Assembly (NCBI GenBank): GCA_964537915.1
Contig: CAZIDM010000007.1
Location: 8,879 to 72,878 of the forward strand
Origin: an uncultured Dehalococcoidia bacterium
Lineage (GTDB): Bacteria; Chloroflexota; Dehalococcoidia; Lucifugimonadales; UBA1123
Direction: 5' to 3'
Length of the DNA stretch: 64,000 bases
Part shown: piece after piece, positions 1 through 8,747 of the stretch
How the letters are laid out: every line of letters starts with the position of its first letter
Position numbering within the stretch: position 1 is the first letter of the stretch
Notes under the pieces: model-generated
Databases searched by the model: none
The model's input: the letters and a program-made list of their open reading frames with translations, nothing else
What the model was told of the DNA's origin: nothing
Translations under genes and position numbers: made by a program

Positions 1-113
1 GGATCAGTGCCTACCCTAGGTGCCACTTCTGAGGGTATCCTGATCGTCCAACTGCCCCACCGAGAAACACCCTTAACCATTTGCGTTCTAAGTATCCTAC
101 AGCCTACAATGAA

Positions 114-402
114 GTGATAGTCGAGATTCGCCGGACCGGGGTTTACGCCCGTTGGTTCAGGCAGCTTCGGGACAGGCAGGTTGAGAATCGACAACCGCAT
201 CAGGCGGCTGCCCCTGGGCAACCCCGGAGACGTGAGGCCGGTGCGAAAGGGAATATCCGAGATTCGGATCGACTACGGACCCGGCTACAGGGTGTACTTC
301 GCACAGCGAGGGGAGGCCTTGGTCGTCCTTCTGGCCGGAGGCGACAAGGACAGCCAGGAGCGGGACATACGAAGGGCTCTGGAGCTGGCCACAGGACTCT
401 AG
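114..402 (+). pseudogene. RelE/ParE-superfamily 'addiction module killer' toxin (COG3657-like), split by a 1-nt frameshift near nt 177-181
   Basis: From GTG 114, the frame of ORF 81..458 gives the N-terminus (IVEIRRTGVYARWFRQLRDRQ). ORF 181..402 gives the rest (RIDNRIRRLPLGNPGDVRPVRKGISEIRIDYGPGYRVYFAQRGEALVVLLAGGDKDSQERDI). Together they match the ~95-aa killer family as I remember it, but the halves lie in different frames. Confidence 0.6.
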
Positions 403-411
403 GAGGCAGCT

Positions 412-735
412 ATGTCAAAGACGCAGACAAGGCCGTGGGACCCGGCGGAGCACCTTGAGACCGAGGAGGACATGGCGGCTTACCTGAACCTCGCGCTGGA
501 AGAGGGCGACCTGAGCCTCATCATGGCGACCCTCGGAGACATCGCCCGCGCCCGGAGAATGGCGCTGGTGGCGGAGGAGACGGGACTGGGGAGGGAGAGC
601 CTCTACAAGTCGCTGTCCGCCGACGGGAACCCGGAGTTCGCCACCGTGCTGAAGGTGGTTCGCGCCCTGGGACTCAGACTTCAGGCCGCAGCAGGGCCGG
701 GAGCCAACGACGCAGCTTCAGGGAGTCTACCATGA
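412..735 (+). CDS. addiction-module antidote protein (HTH, COG3636/HigA-type), partner of the upstream toxin
   Basis: 107-aa ORF starting 9 nt after the toxin stop. It shows the typical pattern EEDMAAYLNLALEEGD...ETGLGRESLYKSLSADGNPEFATVLKVVRALGLRL. Confidence 0.8.
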   Translation: MSKTQTRPWDPAEHLETEEDMAAYLNLALEEGDLSLIMATLGDIARARRMALVAEETGLGRESLYKSLSADGNPEFATVLKVVRALGLRLQAAAGPGANDAASGSLP

Positions 736-786
736 TGCGGTCATAGGTCCCTTTCAATATCGTCGGCTCGTCAGGGGGAGAAGACA

Positions 787-1797
787 ATGGCAGACTCGAC
801 AACAAGCTCTGGTAGCTATCGACTGATAGTAGAGGAGGAAGGCAAGTTTATCAGCAAGTCCATCGTAGCTCTAGGGCGGACTGAGCGACCCACAATGGAC
901 CAGTTGCAGAGTTACCTGCCTGCTCTCGGGCTGCCTGTTCACGGAGTTGACTTTGCGCTGCTCTGGTTGGCAGACGATGATCCAGAAATGAACCATCCGG
1001 TCCTAGTCGCCTCTATCCCGGTTACGATGAAATGGGCAGATTACAACTTGGGGAGAAATTCAGGCGAGAGCTTCGTGGACTACCTTAACCGGATAAGTTC
1101 TGTGCTCTCCACTGGAGAATCCGAAGAAGCGGTTTCCGTTGACATCCTGCAATACATCTTCAACCGAAGTGATATGTCGCCCCAGGAGTCAATGAACCTT
1201 ATAGTAAGGTCACCCTCTGAGGGGTCTGCCGAGTATGAACGGCTAATAGCTCGTCCTGGTGAAGTGTTCATGCTGCTCCTCTATGTTGAAAAGCGTTTGA
1301 GTTATCACTTGGTGTCTCGTGATCCTGACATTGCTCCGTTGTATCGCGAAATTGGCGCAGCTCAATCGGAAGGCCGTGTTTCCACTGAATGGTTTGATGC
1401 ATGGTGGGCCAAACTTGAGCCTCTTCAGGCGAGGCTGGTAGCCAACAACAGCGACAAGGGCTTCCGAGAATTAGTGAACGACTTGGACCAAGAAATACTT
1501 GCCATACTGCCGGATAACCTACGGGAAAGCGGCATCGCCAACCTCAAAGAGCTAGTTGATATTCGCAATACCATAGGGCATTCGACCATCTACAACGGTT
1601 TGGTCGTAGATGGAAAAGTAATGATTGCCCCTCACATAACTAAGCACACTGGCAAATCGAACCGAGAGACCTTGACTACTTATCTTGATGACGAAACCTA
1701 TGGCTTGATTAAGTCTATGATTGAGGACGCGCATGCATTCTTGGAGATCTGCGCTAAAGTCCCTCCAAGAGAGTCGAATGGTGCCCATCAAGTATAA
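787..1797 (+). CDS. hypothetical protein with a possible C-terminal HEPN-like motif
   Basis: 336-aa ORF preceded by a GGGGGAG SD-like sequence. G+C is visibly lower than in the flanks. No family recognised. 'LKELVDIRNTIGHS' fits the HEPN Rx4-6H signature, which is only a weak motif-level call. Confidence 0.55.
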   Translation: MADSTTSSGSYRLIVEEEGKFISKSIVALGRTERPTMDQLQSYLPALGLPVHGVDFALLWLADDDPEMNHPVLVASIPVTMKWADYNLGRNSGESFVDYLNRISSVLSTGESEEAVSVDILQYIFNRSDMSPQESMNLIVRSPSEGSAEYERLIARPGEVFMLLLYVEKRLSYHLVSRDPDIAPLYREIGAAQSEGRVSTEWFDAWWAKLEPLQARLVANNSDKGFRELVNDLDQEILAILPDNLRESGIANLKELVDIRNTIGHSTIYNGLVVDGKVMIAPHITKHTGKSNRETLTTYLDDETYGLIKSMIEDAHAFLEICAKVPPRESNGAHQV

Positions 1798-1827
1798 GAA
1801 GGCCGAGAACGAATACTGGAGAACAGC

Positions 1828-3492
1828 ATGAAGAAGAAGCATCTACAGCCGCTCACACCGGCAGCGCTCTACGCCAGGGTATCCAGCGACAGGCAGGACG
1901 TGGACCTGTCCGTATCCGCCCAGCTTCGGGCGCTCAAGGAGTACGCCAGGGCCAACGGCTACTCCGTCGCCCGCGAGTATGTGGACGAGGCCGAAAGTGG
2001 ACGCGTCGCCGACAGACCACAGTTTCGACAGATGATCGAGGAGGGCAGCAAGCCCCTAGCACCCTTTGAGGTCATTCTCGTCTGGAAGTTCAGCCGCTTC
2101 ACCCGCAAGCGGGAGCACGCCGTCGCCTTCAAGGCCCAGCTACGGCGCAAGGGCATCCGGGTGGTGTCCATCACCGAGCAGGCAGAGGACAACGCCACCG
2201 GCAGGCTGCTTGAGGGCATCATCGAGAGCGTGGACGAATACTACTCGGAGAATCTGGCGCAGGAGGTCGTCAGAGGGATGAGGGAAGCCGCTTCGAGAGG
2301 TTTCTTCCTCGGCTCCAACGCCCCCTTTGGCTACAGGAAGGTCAAGGTCAGCGACGGACCGAAGGAGCGTCCCACGTTGGAGGTTGACCCGACAACCGCT
2401 CCTGTAGTGAAGGAGATATTCGAGAAGTCCCGGAGAGGCAGCGGCCTCAAGGAGATATGCAAAGAGTTGAACGGCCGGGGCATCACCAACAGGGGGAAAC
2501 GCTGGTACAGAGGCGGACTCCACTACGTGCTGAGAAACGAGGCGTACACCGGAACTGCCGTGTGGGGCCGCACCAGCAAGGGAGATAAGGCCCAGGACCC
2601 CGTTCGCGTGGAGGGAGCGTGGCCCGCACTGGTGTCGAGGGAGCTGTTCGACGACGTGCAGCAGGCGATGCGGGACCGCGCCCCGAAGGTGCAGAGGCCC
2701 GGTAGAGTGGGGAGCAAGTATCTCCTGAGCGGACTGCTCAGGTGCGGTGTCTGCAGCAAGCCCTATCGCGCACAGGGAGCCAAGAGCGGCCAGTTCGCCT
2801 ACTACATCTGCGGCACCCTGTTCACCGAAGGAGCGGGGACATGCAGCGCCCGCTACCTGAGCGCCCCGAAGGTCGAGGACTTCATCGTCGACAAGATCAG
2901 GGAGCGCATCCTCAACGAGGAGACTATCGTTGAACTGGTGACGCTGGTGGCGGAGGAGATCGACGCGATTGCCGGTGAGATGTCCGGCAGGTTGGAGGTC
3001 ATCGAGGCTGAGCTAGAGGACGTGAGGAAGAGGCTTGATAGGCTCTACGAGGCCATTGAGGCGAGTGATCTGACCCTGGAGGTCCTGTCGCCCCGCATCT
3101 TCTCTCTGAGGCACCGCGAGGAGCAGTTGGAGTCTGCGAGAGACGACGCAGAGCGCCAGCTTGAACAGCGCCGGGTGGAGCTTCCCACAACAGACGTGAT
3201 CAGGGAGTACGTTGCGGACTTCCAGGAGCTCTTGAAGGAAGGGACGTTCCCCGAGCGCAAGGCGCTCATCCGCAACTTCGTTGAGGGCATCGAGGTAGTG
3301 GGAGACGATGCTACGGTGACGTACACCGTCCCCATGCCCAGCGACGGTGTGACCAGGGAGTCGGCCTCGGTTCTTGATTTTGTCAAGTCCGGCCCACCAG
3401 CCTTTCCGAGGCCACGCGTACTGCATCCGCAATTCTCTGATGACCTCCGCCAGCACTGTTCTCATTTGCGGATTCGTGGCGAGTTCGTCTGA
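1828..3492 (+). CDS. large serine recombinase (resolvase/invertase catalytic domain + recombinase domain + zinc ribbon + coiled coil)
   Basis: The N-terminus ALYARVSSDRQDVDLSVSAQ carries the catalytic Ser-Arg motif. There is a Cys cluster (CGVCSKPY...YYICG...GTCS) and a Glu/Leu-rich coiled-coil C-terminal region. Length 554 aa. Confidence 0.9.
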   Translation: MKKKHLQPLTPAALYARVSSDRQDVDLSVSAQLRALKEYARANGYSVAREYVDEAESGRVADRPQFRQMIEEGSKPLAPFEVILVWKFSRFTRKREHAVAFKAQLRRKGIRVVSITEQAEDNATGRLLEGIIESVDEYYSENLAQEVVRGMREAASRGFFLGSNAPFGYRKVKVSDGPKERPTLEVDPTTAPVVKEIFEKSRRGSGLKEICKELNGRGITNRGKRWYRGGLHYVLRNEAYTGTAVWGRTSKGDKAQDPVRVEGAWPALVSRELFDDVQQAMRDRAPKVQRPGRVGSKYLLSGLLRCGVCSKPYRAQGAKSGQFAYYICGTLFTEGAGTCSARYLSAPKVEDFIVDKIRERILNEETIVELVTLVAEEIDAIAGEMSGRLEVIEAELEDVRKRLDRLYEAIEASDLTLEVLSPRIFSLRHREEQLESARDDAERQLEQRRVELPTTDVIREYVADFQELLKEGTFPERKALIRNFVEGIEVVGDDATVTYTVPMPSDGVTRESASVLDFVKSGPPAFPRPRVLHPQFSDDLRQHCSHLRIRGEFV

Positions 3493-3532
3493 AGTTGAAG
3501 TGCGGATAGAGGTAGCTAAGCGGAGGTCAGTT

Positions 3533-4075
3533 ATGAGAAGGATTCGCTACAACTGCGCCATGAGCCTGGACGGATACATCGCAGGCGCGAACGACGAGTT
3601 CGACTGGATCGTCATGGACCCCGACATCGACTTCGAGGAGCTATCCGAACAGTTCGACACCTACCTGTTCGGTCGGCGCACGTTCGAGGTGACCGCCGGG
3701 GAAGAGTTGCCGGTCCTGCCGGGCAGCCGGACGTTCGTGTTCTCGAATACGTTGTGCCAGGGAGGCTATGAGGGCGTCACGATCGTCGGTGAGGACTGGA
3801 AAGAGGTTGTTCAGGCGCTACGAGAGGAGTCGGGCAAGGACATCTGGCTGTTCGGCGGAGGCGCGCTGTTTCGCAGCCTCTGCGAGGAAGGACTCGTTGA
3901 CACGGTGGAAGTCTCGATCATACCGGTCCTGCTCGGTGAAGGCATTCCTCTCGTCGCTGAGCTGTCCACGCAAATAGAGTTGACTCTGACGGACCAGAGG
4001 ACCTACGACAAAACAGGCATAGTGAGCTTGACGTACGAGGTGAACAAACCCCATCGCGACCAGACGTGCGAATAG
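3533..4075 (+). CDS. dihydrofolate reductase-family protein (RibD C-terminal domain type)
   Basis: From internal Met: MRRIRYNCAMSLDGYIAGANDEFDWI...GRRTFE...IWLFGGGALFRSL..GLVDTVEVSIIPVLLGEGIPL, the typical RibD_C pattern. Confidence 0.8.
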   Translation: MRRIRYNCAMSLDGYIAGANDEFDWIVMDPDIDFEELSEQFDTYLFGRRTFEVTAGEELPVLPGSRTFVFSNTLCQGGYEGVTIVGEDWKEVVQALREESGKDIWLFGGGALFRSLCEEGLVDTVEVSIIPVLLGEGIPLVAELSTQIELTLTDQRTYDKTGIVSLTYEVNKPHRDQTCE

Positions 4076-4079
4076 GCCT

Positions 4080-4385
4080 ATGAAGAAGGACTCTACTGAG
4101 CTGCCCTCCGACGTTCAGGCACAGATACGGGCAGTAGAGGCCCTGCCTGACGACGAGGTCGACACGACCGGCGCTCCCGAGATTCTCGACTGGTCCGACG
4201 CCAGGCGAGGGGTATTCTACCGACCTGTGAAGCAGCAGATTACGCTGAGGCTCGCCGCGGACATCATAGCCTGGTTCAAGGCCAATGCTCGTGGCAACAG
4301 TCGTAGGTACCCAGACGAACATCAATGGGTACTACACGAGCACGTCCAGAGGACGATCCGCTCGGCGAGGTGGCCTCGATGCTAG
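4080..4385 (+). CDS. BrnA-like antitoxin (COG3514-type), orphan with no BrnT; possibly locally frame-scrambled
   Basis: LPDDEVDTTGAPEILDWSDARRG..YRPVKQQITLRLAADIIAWFKAN matches the BrnA pattern. The family motif GYQTRIN appears as GTQTNIN only in the +1 frame (ORF 4285..4500). Confidence 0.5.
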   Translation: MKKDSTELPSDVQAQIRAVEALPDDEVDTTGAPEILDWSDARRGVFYRPVKQQITLRLAADIIAWFKANARGNSRRYPDEHQWVLHEHVQRTIRSARWPRC

Positions 4386-4452
4386 AGGCCGCCCACACAC
4401 TTGGCGGGTGGCAAGTCACAGGGCGGACTCCCCACTAGACCCTCAACAATGT

Positions 4453-4524
4453 GGGGCTGTAACTCAGTTGGGAGAACGCGCTCTTGCACAGCGGAGGTAG
4501 GGGGATCGAATCCCCTCAACTCCA
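4453..4524 (+). tRNA. tRNA-Ala(UGC)-like sequence, probably degenerate (pseudo-tRNA)
   Basis: Cloverleaf folded by hand. Acceptor GGGGCUG/CAACUCC with the G3:U70 Ala identity pair and A73. Anticodon loop CUUGCAC, with TGC at 4485-4487. T-arm GGGGG-AUCGAAU-CCCCU. Defects: C5/A68 mismatch, two D-stem mismatches (ACUC/GAAC), only 4 bp in the anticodon stem, A instead of U at position 54, and no encoded CCA. Confidence 0.5.
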
Positions 4525-4842
4525 CTACCGCTTACAGTATTACCTAGTTGAACCTGTAGAGTCATCATGGCTCCTACGGAGAGGGTAACCAGCGTTCTGA
4601 AAAGTTCCCCCAACACTCCCTATGATCGTCAACTGTTGACACCATATATATCATTATCGCCAGAATACCCCTCAACTTACTAAATCATATAACGACTCAA
4701 GAAAGACTCACCGATTCGGGCATGCGTTCGCAGTCCATGTCTTCTGGTGAAAACACCGACTATACACATATGGATTAAGGCACATTTACTAATACATTTG
4801 TTTGCTTCCAAGAATAAGGCGTAGGCCTTTAGGCGGCTGGCG

Positions 4843-4871
4843 TTGACAGCCCAAACAATGCAGCATATAAT
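4843..4871 (+). promoter_or_regulatory. consensus sigma70-type promoter (TTGACA-17 nt-TATAAT) for the TIR-like gene
   Basis: TTGACA at 4843-4848 and TATAAT at 4866-4871 with an exact 17-nt spacer. A GGAGG SD follows before the ATG at 4897. Confidence 0.6.
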
Positions 4872-4896
4872 AAACTGCAAAGTTTTGGAGGTCGTC

Positions 4897-5952
4897 ATGT
4901 CTCTCCCTATTCGCACTACCATCGCTGACATCGACGCAGTCTGCGGCTACTTGGTTACCAAACCCACTGGTGCCACACCCGCTGAAATGAAGGCCGTCGT
5001 GGACAACCGCAGTCTCGATGGGCGAAAACTCACTGCAATGAAGTATTGGGGGCTCATCGAGGACAATGCCGACAAGGTGAAGATTACGGACAGTGGGCGT
5101 CTAGCCGTGAGGGATTCCGGCTCATCTCGAAGCCACGTGCTGCGTGAAGTAATTCGCCAAGTGCACCCATACTTCGCGGTGATCGAGCGGGTCGCGCACC
5201 GAAACGAGGAGACACTTGCAGCAACTGACGTGGCTGCCCATTGGTATGAGCACTTCAGAAGTGATGTTTCCGAGTCTGAGAAGACACTTAACGACCAGGC
5301 AGTATGCTTCTTTCAGATTGCACAAGGGGCTGACCTTGGAATTCTCACCCTTGGGCGCAGAGGCATGCCAACTCGTTTTGACTTTGATGGTGAGGCAACA
5401 CTTAGATTCATCCACGGCTCTGCCACAGACTTGGAGAGTGTTGAGGCGACGGACGATTCGACAGAACGCGGCTATCCAATTGTTGAAGATGACGTCGATT
5501 CCAGAGATCCCGAATTGGAAGATCCCTCAGATAATGGCAACCGTGTCTTCATCACACACGGAAGGAATCGCAATATCTTGGGCCAAGTGAAGGAGCTAGT
5601 GGAATACGGCAAGTATGAACCTGTCATAGCGATGGAACACGAAACAGCCGCCAGACCCGTTCCTCAGAAGGTCATGGACGACATGCGGGCGTGTAAGGCC
5701 GCTGTAATTCATGTGAGCGCAGAGAGGATCCTTCACGATGACGACGGCAATGAAGTCCCACAGATTAATGGAAATGTCCTTATAGAGATTGGTGCAGCCA
5801 TGGCTCTCTACGGCGATAAGTTTGTCTTGCTTGTCGAGGAGGGATTAAACCTTCCATCCAACTTACAAGGGCTTTACGAGTGTCGCTACAAAGGGGACGA
5901 ACTCAACATGTCAGCAGTCATGAAGTTGCTGAAAGCCTTCAACGAGTTTTAG
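4897..5952 (+). CDS. TIR-like nucleotide-binding protein (PF10137/COG4271-type C-terminal domain) with an uncharacterised N-terminal domain
   Basis: C-terminus: NRVFITHGRNRNILGQVKELVE...AAVIHVSAE...NVLIEIGAAMALYGDKFVLLVEEGLNLPSNLQGLY. This matches the 'predicted nucleotide-binding protein containing TIR-like domain' pattern. Start chosen at MSLPIRT, which follows a GGAGG. Confidence 0.7.
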   Translation: MSLPIRTTIADIDAVCGYLVTKPTGATPAEMKAVVDNRSLDGRKLTAMKYWGLIEDNADKVKITDSGRLAVRDSGSSRSHVLREVIRQVHPYFAVIERVAHRNEETLAATDVAAHWYEHFRSDVSESEKTLNDQAVCFFQIAQGADLGILTLGRRGMPTRFDFDGEATLRFIHGSATDLESVEATDDSTERGYPIVEDDVDSRDPELEDPSDNGNRVFITHGRNRNILGQVKELVEYGKYEPVIAMEHETAARPVPQKVMDDMRACKAAVIHVSAERILHDDDGNEVPQINGNVLIEIGAAMALYGDKFVLLVEEGLNLPSNLQGLYECRYKGDELNMSAVMKLLKAFNEF

Positions 5953-6122
5953 GGTCAGAGCGTTAGCTATCTACCGTGAAGACTCACCACTATTCTCGAT
6001 CTCGTCAAGATCTAGAATTGGAATCCCAATTCAGTCCCTTATAGATTTCGTTTGCCACCCAGCTCATTCCGCTCACTTAGTCCACATCCTGATGGTGTCT
6101 CATCAATGGAGGAATCACATTC

Positions 6123-7214
6123 ATGACGTCCTCATCTCACGAAGCAGCCAACAATACCGCACCTTCCCCAGTGTGGCTGGTGCGTGCAGGCGCCAAGGGT
6201 GAGGACGAAGCAATTGCCCTAGAACTCGGACTGGCCATCATTGGATTTACTGAAGTGCCCGACCTGACAGGAGTTTCGGACCGCAATGCTGTGCTGGAGC
6301 GAGTGCAAAGTATAAACCCCGGGGGGAATGTCAACCGAGACCGCAATCGAGCGGGACAGCTAAACACATTCGTTCTGCGTATGGGAGAGGGAGATATTGT
6401 AGCACTTCCCTTCAAGACACGGCCTGGGCAGATCGCCCTCGGGCGGGTTAGCGGACCATACAACTACCAGAGCATTGATGGTGTCATGCGACATACTCGC
6501 CCAGTCAAGTGGATTCGTCCAGACGCTCCCAGTTCCGAGTTTGGACAGGATTTGCTCTACTCGCTGGGTGCTTACCTTACGGTCTGTCGCATTGCCCGGA
6601 ATGACGCTGAGAACCGCATCGCGACAATCTTGTCCCGAAGCCGCGATAGGGACGGTGACGTACAACACGTGCCACCACGATCCGCGGACGTTGATGTGGA
6701 ACTTGAGCCAGACGATGAAGCTGCTCCGGATATCGCTCAGATCGCTCGGGATCAGATATTTGAGCATATTCGGTCTCGATTCCCAGGGCACGAGTTCGCC
6801 CGACTTGTCAACGCCGTGCTCCAAGCTGAAGGCTACTTCACATTGCTGTCGCCAGCCGGACCCGACGGTGGTGTAGATATACTGGCTGGCCGCGGTTCAC
6901 TTGGATTTGAGAGCCCGAAACTATGCGTCCAAGTCAAGGCTACGGCAGGTGCAGTCGATGTGACCGTTCTTCGCGGTTTGGTGGGCACTATGCAAGCATT
7001 CAACTCAGATCAAGGCCTACTAGTCAGCTGGGGCGGGTTCACACGTGATCTGGAACGTGAGGCGCGGCAGAGTTTCTTTACTGTTCGACTCTGGGGTGCT
7101 GACGACTTCGTCGATGCGATCTGCCGTAACTACGACCGCCTACCGGAACAGATTCAGAACGATATTCCACTTGAGCGGGTGTGGACTCTCGTGCGTGACG
7201 ACAACGAGTACTGA
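6123..7214 (+). CDS. Mrr-like restriction endonuclease (N-terminal recognition domain + PD-(D/E)xK Mrr_cat)
   Basis: FARLVNAVLQAEGY...GPDGGVDILAGRG...KLCVQVKA...VTVLRGLVGTM...GLLVSWGGFT is the Mrr catalytic core (D...QxK). Confidence 0.8.
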   Translation: MTSSSHEAANNTAPSPVWLVRAGAKGEDEAIALELGLAIIGFTEVPDLTGVSDRNAVLERVQSINPGGNVNRDRNRAGQLNTFVLRMGEGDIVALPFKTRPGQIALGRVSGPYNYQSIDGVMRHTRPVKWIRPDAPSSEFGQDLLYSLGAYLTVCRIARNDAENRIATILSRSRDRDGDVQHVPPRSADVDVELEPDDEAAPDIAQIARDQIFEHIRSRFPGHEFARLVNAVLQAEGYFTLLSPAGPDGGVDILAGRGSLGFESPKLCVQVKATAGAVDVTVLRGLVGTMQAFNSDQGLLVSWGGFTRDLEREARQSFFTVRLWGADDFVDAICRNYDRLPEQIQNDIPLERVWTLVRDDNEY

Positions 7215-7319
7215 CGTGCTGCCGGAGCCCCTCTCGTGAAAGACCCGCAGGTGATGTGTCACCTTGCAGCATCCGCAGCGCTCCTTGATTAGGCAGCGAC
7301 ATCTGAATCAAAATAGGAC

Positions 7320-7571
7320 ATGCGGAGACGACACCGGCGGACATTGGAACGGATGCAGGCACGTCCAACGCCGCCAGACATAAGATGGGCAGAGATTGAG
7401 TCACTACTGAGAGCAATAGACGTTGATCTATATGAGCGCGCAGGTTCAAGGGTGCAGTTGGTCAAAGGGTCTGATTCCATAGTGGTACATAGACCTCATC
7501 CTCAGCCAGAAGTGAGTAGAGATACAATCCGTGACATTGCCAGGTTCATCGAACAGGTAGGAGAAGGCTGA
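7320..7571 (+). CDS. hicA: HicA-family toxin (mRNA interferase)
   Basis: 83 aa with the HicA/YcfA pattern ...IRWAEIESLLRAIDVDLYERAGSRVQLVKGSDSIVVHRPHP. Its stop overlaps the next start. Confidence 0.75.
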   Translation: MRRRHRRTLERMQARPTPPDIRWAEIESLLRAIDVDLYERAGSRVQLVKGSDSIVVHRPHPQPEVSRDTIRDIARFIEQVGEG

Positions 7572-7807
7572 TGTTGGAGCACAAAGGCTACGTCGGCCAA
7601 GTCGTCTATGACGATGAAGCCGAGGTCCTGCACGCCAGGGTGATCAACAGCGGTCCGTATCCAATCGCAAACGCCGAGGCGACGGACGTCGAGGGCATCA
7701 AGCGCGAGTTCCGAATTTCGATTGACGTATATCTTGAGGGATGTGCCGAGCTTGGCATCGCACCCGTCGCGCCGACACCTGTTCCCATAGAGTCGGAGGC
7801 TAACTGA
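7571..7807 (+). CDS. hicB: HicB-family antitoxin
   Basis: 78 aa. MLEHKGYVGQVVYDDEAEVLHARV...TDVEGIKREFRISIDVYLEGC is typical of the HicB N-domain. Translationally coupled to hicA. Confidence 0.7.
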   Translation: MLEHKGYVGQVVYDDEAEVLHARVINSGPYPIANAEATDVEGIKREFRISIDVYLEGCAELGIAPVAPTPVPIESEAN

Positions 7808-8036
7808 CCTACACAGCGGACGCCTGTCGTAGCCTCACAACTCAACCCCCATCCACACCAGCTCGTACCTATCCAGAAACGTCCTCCCCACCTCCCTAAA
7901 CTCCTGCATCCTTGGCGCGGGGAGCTCACTCGTACATCGCCTCGACCTCAGGTTCGTCTCCGGGTCGATACGAGCTCGTGCCGTTCCAGAGCACTTCGGT
8001 CTGAGGCTGGTTCGGCTGGCTGCATCCTGCGGATTG

Positions 8037-8471
8037 TCACCGTCGCAACGGGTGCTGCCAGCGCAATCCTGAAAACCGGGTGAAGTCGGAGTCGGTGGAG
8101 ACCATCGTGCAGCCATGCTCGATGGCTACCGCCGCGTGCTGAGCATCTGCGACCAGCTTCCCGGTTGCCCCTGAGTCCCTACACAGTTGCTCGAAGATCG
8201 GGAAGTGGTCTGGGCCGGGAGCTACTACGCGTGCAGTCGGACGTTCCAGAAGCGATGACACAAAGGCAAACGCCGTGTCGATGGTTGACGGCGGGTCGAA
8301 GATCCTCGGATTGGTGGCGATACGGATGAACCCGGCGAGCACCAAGACCGATAGCGCGAAGGGCTCAGGCCCGGTGGCCAGACGAGTCAGCCAAGCCGCA
8401 TACTCCAAGTGGTCGGGAGTGGATTCCTCAAAGTGCGCGTAGATCAGGACGTTGACGTCAGGAAGCAGCAT
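8037..8471 (-). CDS. vapC: PIN-domain toxin VapC
   Basis: MLLPDVNVLIYA...LVADAQHAAVAIEHGCTMVSTDSDFTRF carries the PIN acidic residues. It lies 6 nt downstream of vapB. Confidence 0.85.
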   Translation of the reverse strand: MLLPDVNVLIYAHFEESTPDHLEYAAWLTRLATGPEPFALSVLVLAGFIRIATNPRIFDPPSTIDTAFAFVSSLLERPTARVVAPGPDHFPIFEQLCRDSGATGKLVADAQHAAVAIEHGCTMVSTDSDFTRFSGLRWQHPLRR

Positions 8472-8477
8472 CTGCAG

Positions 8478-8747
8478 TCAGGTGATCTGGGACCCAAACT
8501 GCACCTCGTCTTCTAAGATGTCAAGGGCGCGCGGACGGTCGAGGTCCACACCAGGACGAAGCCGACTTCCGCGAACCGTTACAAGCCGAAATGGCGGCGG
8601 AGCCGATGGTTCACTACGCTTGAGCGCATCGTCCAATATCTTGGCGATGAATGCGCTCACGCTCAAACCCTGTTCGGCAGCCTCTCGGCGTACCTGCTTG
8701 GCAAGTTGATCGTCTAGCGAGATTGTAGTTCTCATTATGCAGAGCAT
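8478..8747 (-). CDS. vapB: VapB-type antitoxin (ribbon-helix-helix)
   Basis: MRTTISLDDQLAKQVRREAAEQGLSVSAFIAKILDDALKR. The start may be the internal Met at 8735. Confidence 0.8.
   Translation of the reverse strand: MLCIMRTTISLDDQLAKQVRREAAEQGLSVSAFIAKILDDALKRSEPSAPPPFRLVTVRGSRLRPGVDLDRPRALDILEDEVQFGSQIT

Noticed and set aside
81-458. 125-aa ORF as a stand-alone gene.
   Set aside because: Only its first ~30 codons look like protein, namely the toxin N-terminus. The rest is an off-frame reading of the toxin and antitoxin genes.
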